Shown here piece by piece: positions 55,494-64,000 of a DNA stretch of 64,000 nt. Position 1 is the first letter of the stretch, and every line of letters begins with the position of its first letter. The notes below the pieces were generated by a model, which worked only from the letters and a program-made list of their open reading frames with translations, ran no database searches and was not told where the DNA came from. The DNA is from Eledone cirrhosa (lineage: Eukaryota): NCBI GenBank assembly GCA_964016885.1, contig OZ024742.1, positions 314,464,001 to 314,528,000 of the forward strand, given 5' to 3'. The translations under genes were made by a program, and so were the position numbers.

Positions 55494-56871
55494 CTAGCAG
55501 TAAAGCCCGGCGTGCTCGGGGCTGCTCAGTAATTGTGTTAAAGTTACAATGTTAAATTCCTTTCTTGGCTTAAAAACTGTAGAGTCTACAGTGTAGACTT
55601 TCATGTGGTACTTTTGATTAATATTCCCTCAACCACAGTATGCCGTATGAAGTTAAGAAAACATAACCATAACTCGAATGTTAAAACAAAAGAGGATGCT
55701 GGCGATAAAAACTGCACTGGCAATCTATTAACAAAAATCGAAAATGTAAACACAGCAACACTTGTCTCAGAGAAAAACATCAGCGTAACCAAACTATCAG
55801 TTATTTTGAAACAAAGAAATTGGATGGACATGAAAAAAAAATGCAATTTCATCGCCTATCACCTCTCTGCACGACTGTCTGTCTGCACAACTTTATCACC
55901 TATATCACCTCTCTGCACGACTGTCTGTCTATATGCCTCCATCGTCTATCAGCCCGGCTGTCTGATTGCACAAATTTATCGCCCATATCACCTCTCTGCA
56001 CGACTGTATGTCTGCACAGCATATCTCTTATATCACTTCTTTGCACAACTGTCTGTCTGCATGCCTCTATCGTCTATCAGCCCGACTATCTGTCTGCACA
56101 ACTTTATCGCCTATATCACCTCTCTGCACGACTGTCTGTCTGCACAACTTTATCGCCTATATCACTTCTCTGTACTACTGTCTGTCTGCCCAACCTTATC
56201 GCCTATAGCAGTGAAGCCCGGCGTTGCTCGGGGCTGCTCAGTAGTTGTGTTAAAGTTACAATGTTAAGTTCCTTTCTTGGCTTAAAATCTGTAGAGTCTG
56301 CAGTGTAGACTTTCATGTGGTAACTAAATGAAAATCTCATAAGCCTTTATTCGAGATTATATATATAGATCAATGCTTTTTTTTACAAAATATTTGCTTG
56401 TTTTACGGTATATTCAAATAGATTTGTTTTCAAGTAAAAATATTGTTTTAAAAGGCTTTTTAATGGAAATGAAGCAAAATGGAAGCTTAATGTTGAAACT
56501 TCGAACTCATGAATTTTGCAGGTTAAAATTTTGCTGGCCAGAAAACTGTTCGTGTATTTTTTGTACTTTTGCACGCGTAGTTTGTTCGTAACGTAAATAA
56601 ATAAACAAATGACGCCATAAAAGGGAAATAACTCGTCTCTCATCTCTATTTATACATTTGAACTGAAAAATCAATACATTACAAATTCGATTTTTGCACT
56701 TGCCGTGGGTCGATTTGAAAGTTTTTTTGACCGATGTCTCCGCCGGACATTCATCTATAAGTGTAGCAATTTCACCGAAATTTGAACGTACGGTTTAGGA
56801 GGAGATCTGTGCCGACCTTTTTAGTAGACAGACAGACAGACGACAGACAACCTCAGTTTTATATATAGAGA
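55494..56871 (-). mobile_element. Non-autonomous Helitron
   Basis: A|TCTCTATATATAAAA..(GTCT)n 5' end; CCCGAGCACGCCGGG hairpin then CTAG|T 3' end. Confidence 0.82.
55850..56205 (+). repeat. ~46-bp minisatellite inside the Helitron
   Basis: Variants of CTGCACAACTTTATCGCCTATATCACCTCTCTGCACGACTGTCTGT. Confidence 0.85.
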
Positions 56872-57734
56872 TAAAATTATGTAATGTGTCCGTTCTATTC
56901 TGAGGACTACGTTGTGATTCTAGTTACATTAACTGTCTTTCTTCTAGGTTGAAATACTTCATAAAGAATATCACGGTTGATCTTAGATAAAAAACATTTT
57001 ATGAATGCCAACATATCAATGGCATTCATAAGAACTTTGTAGTAGTGAATATACGATCTAGTGAAAACCTACCTGCCAATTTACTGGAGCAGATTTCTAT
57101 TAATTTAATATATACAGATTTGCAGTTATAACTTGAGAGATGATGGTTAATATATGATATAATGGGTAGGTTGAAAATCGTTCGAATTTCTGATTTTATT
57201 TCCTATAAATGTACAAATATTGATGTTTTTTATACAAATACTTCCTGACGTCCTTGGAAAGCGTAGAAATCAGATTGAATGGTATTCATACCACAATGAC
57301 AACATATGGAGTACGAGATGGCTAATTCAGAATGGAAAACCTACATAGCAGTTTCGGTTCCCTCGGGTCTATTGCTTGCTATAATCACATTCCTGCATAT
57401 ATATATATATATATATCATAAATCATGTCTATAGAATCATCAGATATTAAAATATATACTATTTCTTCTTCTAATTAGCCTAATTAACCATATACAAGAT
57501 CAAATCTAGCAAGCTTTAAGAATAAATTTTCTTATGGGGAAATCTCTGACAAACAATTGATCGTAGCCTCTTCGCGGCAGCCCCGTTCCATTATTTATCC
57601 AACATTTCGGCAGCATGCAGAATCCGACCAGATATACCATCAACCACACACAATTAGTAGTAAAATTAAACTTAGGAGAAATGCGTACATACCGTAATTA
57701 TATCTCCTATATATATATTTATTTATTTTTTTAT

Positions 57735-59111
57735 CTTCGACATATTACGTGTTAGATTCCCGGACTTCCACACGGGAATATACCGTGACGATGGACTGAC
57801 TTTATCGAGCCATAAAAGTGGTCACGACCTCGACCGGTTTAAAAAAGACTTAGCTTCTACCTTCAATGAGTTACGCCTTAGGATAACAGCAGCCACCAAC
57901 CTCTCTAGCGTGGATTTCTTAGACATTAATTTAGACCTTCGCACACACACCCACAGACCCTTCCATAAGCTAACCAAGAAACTTAATTACATTCACAAGG
58001 ACTCATGCCACCCTCCCACTGTTTTTAGAAACTTCGCTAAGAATATCAGTACTAAAATCTCAAACCTCTCCTCTAATAAGGCTATCTTTGACAGGGCGGC
58101 ACCCTACTATAACACGGCGTTGGCTAACAGCGGCTTCTCACAACCTATCACCTACTCTCCCACTAGCAACAACACCATTAAAAAAAGTAAGCGCATCAAT
58201 ACACAAACTATCTGGGTCTCTCCTCCCTTCTCACTCAACGTTAAAACCAATGTAGGAAAAACATTTCTAGCCCTCTTAGATAGACACTTCCCCATAGGTC
58301 ATAAATACCGCTCCATCATTAACCGACACAAAGTTAAAATAGGATACTCCTGCGCTAAGAACATGAAGGCTCACATCACCAGCAGCCCTAGGAGCAACAC
58401 CCCCACCAGGGTGCTCTTGCCGTAAGCCTGAAGCTTTCCCCCTTCAACAACAATGCAACAGACCAGCTGTAATCTATGAAGCTGTGGTCACTTCCAACCG
58501 ACCAAACGAACCACAGGAGGTCAAATCCTATGTGGGCATGGCGGAGGGCCGATTCAAGGAGCGTTTCCTGAACCAACAGTCTACCTTCAGATACCCGGAC
58601 AGACGTTCATCCACGAAACTCGCGCGCCACGTATGGTCCCTCAAGGACTCAAGTATAGGCTACTCCATTCAATGGAAAGCCATCACTAAGTCCAAGCCAT
58701 ACGCAAGGGGAAATCCGTCGTGTGGCTTATGTATTGACGAACGAATAACTATCCTAAAGAGATTACGCAATAGTGATTGCCTAAACGCGAGAAGTGAATT
58801 TTTCACACGTTGTCCACACGTCACCAAACATCTATTACATAACTACAAGGCTCCAGACTGATTCTTTGTAATTTTATTTTTAAATCTGTTTATTTTATTT
58901 TCAACCCCCAAACTTTCCGGACTTTCGCAGTTATCTCCCTTACACCCCCCGCACGCAGTCTACTATTGCCTGTGTGAAGTGACCAAGTTTCTGCGCATGC
59001 GCGTTCGTACGGTTGTCCTTCTTGTTCCTATAACCATATACATCCCGAGCTGAAGATCCGCGAAGGTGAAACAATTGTTCTCGGTATGGTGAACTAACTA
59101 TTGTGTAACCA

Positions 59112-59114
<3 letters not shown>
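57735..59114 (+). mobile_element. Penelope-like element 3' half (RT C-term, GIY-YIG, pLTR), same family as 48190
   Basis: IYRDDGL, DFLDINLDL, CSCRKPE, YVGMAEGRFKERF, STKLARHVWSLK, CGLCIDE, RSE..RCPH. Confidence 0.92.
59045..59084 (+). ncRNA. Minimal type I HHR in the PLE pLTR
   Basis: CCGAG-CTGAAGA-TCCGCGAAGGT-GAAAC-AATT-GTT-CTCGG. Confidence 0.72.
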
Positions 59115-59156
<42 letters not shown>

Positions 59157-59647
59157 GTATACATATACAAAGCCATAGCTTTGTTGGAATATTCTAGAGT
59201 TGTCATCATCAGTACATGTATGGTAGGCATTTTATGAAACTCAAAATTAAGAAAAGCAGAAGTGAGTTTAGAAAGAATTAATCAGAGAAAAAATGTCATT
59301 GTATCCCTCATATGTATTTCAGTCATGGATTGTGTGTATCATACATATAGGCGGCCATTTCGCAGAGTCGTTAGAACGTCCGATAAAATGCATTATGGTA
59401 TTTGTTCCGGCTCTCTGCTCTCAGAGTTCAAATCCCGCCGAGGTCAACTTTGCCTTTCATCCTTTCTAGTACTGAGGTAGATTCTTCCTCTATCTCTCTT
59501 TTGCTCTCCCACGTGTTCTATCATTCTCTGGAAGAAATCTGCTGTACTCAGACCTAGAGAGGGATGTGCTGCACCAGGGTTTAAAATGTGCAGGAAACGA
59601 CGTATGTCAATACGGCGCCCCTACAACTCTATCAGGAGTTACGGGAC

Positions 59648-59757
<110 letters not shown>

Positions 59758-59765
59758 CATATATT

Positions 59766-59838
<73 letters not shown>

Positions 59839-60684
59839 TAAATACATCACCCTCATTTTTACACCACGGTATACATATTAACTCAGATTTTGCTGCTATA
59901 TCTAGATAGGTGAGCGAGCACATACTTTCATGATTTTGTCATTCCAGTGGCCTTCCTTACAATAAATAACAGTAGCTCCATTTATTTTGACTACGAAAAG
60001 TGTTATGTTATGAACGCATTCTACGAGACATGTAGTATTTCTTTTTCAAAATGTTATACATTTTTGTACATCCATTTTTATCTTTATCAAGTCTGCAATT
60101 ATTTCAGAAATTATGTATTTTATCACAACGTTCTCTATATCTCAATTTCTAAACATCTACTACTTTTAGTTAGTTTCTTTTTTTTTTCTCTTAAACATAT
60201 TCTCATTTGGTAGAATTTACAATGTAGATTAGGTGACATTTTGTTCTCCATTTTCCTTAAAATGCATAGTTGGCATTTAACTATCAGGCTATGAATGAAT
60301 AGTTATTCATTAATTAACTGATATAAGACTTATTGGGCAATTCTTAACTGTACCTTTCTCACTATTATTTCTCCTTCAAATTACTGAATCTTCTGTATTT
60401 CCAGTTTGGTTCCAAAATTGTGCTTCTCTTCCAGCCTTAATGTTTTTAGATACTGCGAGAAATGCCTTTGCTGTATACTGTTATGTTGTGAATAAAAAGA
60501 ATTTCTGCGTCTTTGTTTTATGATACTAATTTTCATTATCTACCCATTTCTAGTTTTATTAAGTAGTATTGAGGTGCTTTGGTCAAGTAAATTCTAAACT
60601 AGGCGCAATTGTATCCTAGCGAAAACGTGGCATTATTTCGCTGGGTATTTTACCTGTTTCAAACGGCCATTATTTGCCCACCAG

Positions 60685-61070
60685 CTTATGTTTCGGAACA
60701 TGTTTGCTGCATATAATTACGTCCCTCTATAATCCAAAACCCACCGTAGTTAGCTTTGCTTTTCATCCTTACGGGATAATAAAATAAAGTATCAGTAACA
60801 TACTCTCGTCGATTTAATCGACATTTCCCTCCCCGAAATTGTTGGTTTGCGCCTAAATCAGAAACCATTATTATTTTGGATAAGGCAGTATCTGTAGAGG
60901 GCCGGATGCCATGCTTTGCAACATACACTTACGGCCCTTTATAATCTGAGTTCAAATTCCGCAGAGGTGAACTTTGCCTTTCTTCCTTACGGAATCGATA
61001 AAATAAAGTATCAGTAATACACTGGGGTAATTGCTGGTCTTGTGCCAATGTAGAAGCAATTATTTTATGA
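60685..61070 (+). mobile_element. Two tandem SINE copies
   Basis: Core TTTGC.TTTC.TCCTTACGG..T..ATAAAATAAAGTATCAG occurs twice. Confidence 0.7.
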
Positions 61071-61449
61071 TTGTGTTCATTAACATTATCATCACGTCCA
61101 AGTACAGTTCTACTAATCATCTGAAGAATGTATTGAGCTCTTCTTCAATTCACTTATATGCCGGTAATATGTACAAGATAAGCTGGGAATGGGTGCAGAA
61201 GAGAGAACAATTGTGTATTTATTATCGTAAAAAATCTTTGTATAGAGCTTTCTTTTATTATTATTATTACTACAATTATAATTTGACGAAAAAAAAAACA
61301 TTCTTCTCTCCCTATCTTTTCCATACTTCTACAATTATTGTCCTGTTGTAAACACACGGCAATGTAGGAACGGGAAGAGATAAACAAGATAGGCATATAT
61401 ATATATATATGTATATATATGTATATATATATATATATGTGTATATGTG

Positions 61450-61830
61450 TATGCCAAGCTGGTATGAATTTTTTTTCTCTCTCTCGTCTGCGACTTCACA
61501 GAACTTATGTTTACCGAATTCGCAGACCAGACACCTTCTTCCTCCCGTTAGACCTGTGCGAAATTCCTTCCTTGCTCACATTTCAACCAGGTTTGATGGT
61601 CTTTATTCTCTCGTTCACGATTCCACCGAATTTATATTCATAGAAATCTGGGACTTGTTCTTCTTCATCACTTTCTGTTGCTTAAACCATTTTGTTTGTT
61701 TACCCTAGCGTCCCCCTTATTTACGTGTCCCAACGACTTTTTTTAGCCGTTGCTCGCACCAACCTGAGGTATATGGCCTTTAATGCGACGAAATGCCTAC
61801 GACGGTTGGAAGGCCACTGATGAGTACAAA

Positions 61831-61905
<75 letters not shown>

Positions 61906-62685
61906 AAGTGAGTCCTCATCAGTGACCCTCCAACCGTCCTCGGCATTTCATCGCTTTAAGGGCCATATGCCTCAGGTTGGTGCGAACAACGGCTAAAAAA
62001 AGTCGTTGGGACACGTAAATAAGGGGGGGGGACATTAGAGTAACAACAAAAGGGTTATAGCAACGGAAAGTGAGTAGAAATAGACAAGTCCCAGATCTCT
62101 ATGAATATAAACTCTGTGAAATCGTGAACAAGAGACGAAAGACCATCGAACCTGGTAGAAATGTGAGCAAGGAAAGAATTTCGCCCAAGTTCGACAGGGG
62201 GGAAAAAGGAGAGAGAGAGAGAGAGAGAGAACGAAAACTGGTCTACGAATTCGGTAAACGCAAGTTTTGTGAAGTCGCAGACGAAAGAGAGAGAGAAAAA
62301 AAATTATTACCAGCTCGGTCAAGACTGCGCGAGAAAAGAATTACACACAGGTCAAACTTGAAGGAGGAGGAGGAAAGAGGAGGAGGAGAGGTAGTGACAG
62401 AGAATGAGTGAGTGAAAGTTGAGGAGAGGGTAACAGAGAGGAAACTGCTAAAAGTGGTAGAGATACAAGGAACGAAACAGACAGGCAGCATGGAAAGTAT
62501 ATGTGTAAATATGGTGATAATGGAGCTGCGGCGTTGCAAATGGGATACATATGAAAAAGTGAGTCCTCATCAGTGACCCTCCAACCGTCCTCGGCTAAAA
62601 AAAGTCGTTGGGACACGTAAATAAGGGGGGGACATTAGAGTAACAACAAAAGGGTTATAGCAACGGAAAGTGAGTAGAAATAGAA
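61450..62685. repeat. Inverted plus partial tandem (651-bp period) module, pLTR-like
   Basis: 61450-61826 is inverted (diverged) at 61903-62320; the block at 61901 recurs with a deletion at 62552. Confidence 0.75.
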
Positions 62686-62696
62686 TAAATATATAT

Positions 62697-62775
<79 letters not shown>

Positions 62776-62928
62776 TATATATATATATGAAAAGTGTAAT
62801 TTTCTACACAAAACGAAGGTTATAGAGAAAATTGAGGTTGGTAATGGCACATGGAATATATAAGAGACAGAATACTTTTTTGTGAGAAAACATAATTTTA
62901 TAAGGTAAGGAAATAATAAAGGGTATAA

Positions 62929-62976
62929 AAAATGACCGGTTTCGATGGGTCTGCAAAAGCCATCTTTTCAAATGTT
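62929..62976 (-). ncRNA. Minimal HHR with U3-A8 core (GUC triplet), second family
   Basis: AACAT-TTGAAAA-GATGG/CCATC-GAAAC-CG-GTC-ATTTT; stem I has one mismatch. Confidence 0.6.
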
Positions 62977-63332
62977 GATTAATATTAAGAAAAATTAATA
63001 ATACGAAGAGTTAAAATTTGAGACTTGAAAATTCAAGTATAAAATTCATTGTGGGATTTCATAGCAGTTTTCATCTAGGTAGCAACTACAGGTTGACTGC
63101 TGTGTCCCTTTCTGGTAGTGAATGAGAAGTTATTTGGGGTGTGGGTTATTTTATAAAGGTCAGATTTAGCAATCACCAACTGGCCAGCTGCTGGTCAGTG
63201 AGGGGGTGGAAGCAATATACATACACATATCTTCCTGTGATGGGTAGGAGAATGGAGCGTGATAGAAAGGGATTTAGTGCACTTACACCTATATATACAC
63301 ACATACCTTCATCCACACATACATACATATAC

Positions 63333-63381
<49 letters not shown>

Positions 63382-63446
63382 CACACATACATACACACAC
63401 ACATACATATACATACACACATACACACACACACATATATACACAT

Positions 63447-63509
<63 letters not shown>

Positions 63510-63576
63510 TATATATATACATACACATACATCCAGATACACACATACATACACACACACACATATATATATATAT

Positions 63577-63626
<50 letters not shown>

Positions 63627-63627
63627 C

Positions 63628-64000
63628 CAATTCCTAACGGAATTCTTCCACAACGACACCAACACTGAAGACGAATCACTGGTTAGAAATAAAAGCAATT
63701 TCTGCCCACAAAAGGGAAGAAATAAAGCACTGGACACGTACTGCGAACACATCACCAACTTTCCCTATGAAAAAATTACAAATAAACACACGAAATCAAA
63801 CCTATCTACACACGAATGGGAAGAATTATTCACACTTAGAAACAACCCTGAGATAACTATCAAAGAAGCCGATAAAGGCAGTACTGTTGTCATTATGAAT
63901 ACGGACTACTATAGGACCCTCGCACTTAACATTTTAGAAAACAACACATACTATGAAAAAACAGAAAACTACAAACACACCAAAACAATGGGGAACCTTT
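63628..64000 (+). mobile_element. Penelope-like element ORF N-terminal part, running off the window
   Basis: Open frame [41 protein letters not shown], containing the PLE DKG motif. Confidence 0.85.

Noticed and set aside
55850-56205. CRISPR-like repeat or Cys-rich ORFs
   Set aside because: Contiguous minisatellite with no unique spacers, in a eukaryotic Helitron context
61758-61982. HHR in the 61.4-62.7 kb module (CTGATGA; CTGAGG..GAAATG)
   Set aside because: Core halves are in the wrong order or lack A9 and an NUH site; stems could not be closed

Overview
AT-rich, microsatellite-saturated eukaryotic DNA with no confidently identifiable host gene. The tRNA-derived SINEs and overall repeat make-up suggest an octopod cephalopod (inference). 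The window is almost entirely mobile-element debris: a near full-length CR1-group LINE with a CCCH-finger ORF1 (18.3-22.3 kb), RTE fragments, five Penelope-like (PLE) RT/GIY-YIG fragments, a non-autonomous Helitron, Tc1/pogo, hAT and piggyBac-type MITEs, and many SINEs. The main signal is invisible in the ORF track: about 15 well-formed type I hammerhead ribozyme (HHR) motifs from about 8 sequence families, plus degenerate copies, nearly all in short non-coding modules inserted into (TA)n. Two modules are tandem arrays with one HHR per monomer (310 bp at 30.1-30.7 kb; 542 bp at 41.3-43.1 kb), i.e. retrozyme-like candidate circular-RNA producers. Two families carry a compensatory U3-A8 core (UUGAAAA). 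Many modules form long, near-perfect palindromes. All structures were paired by eye; nothing was folded or searched computationally.
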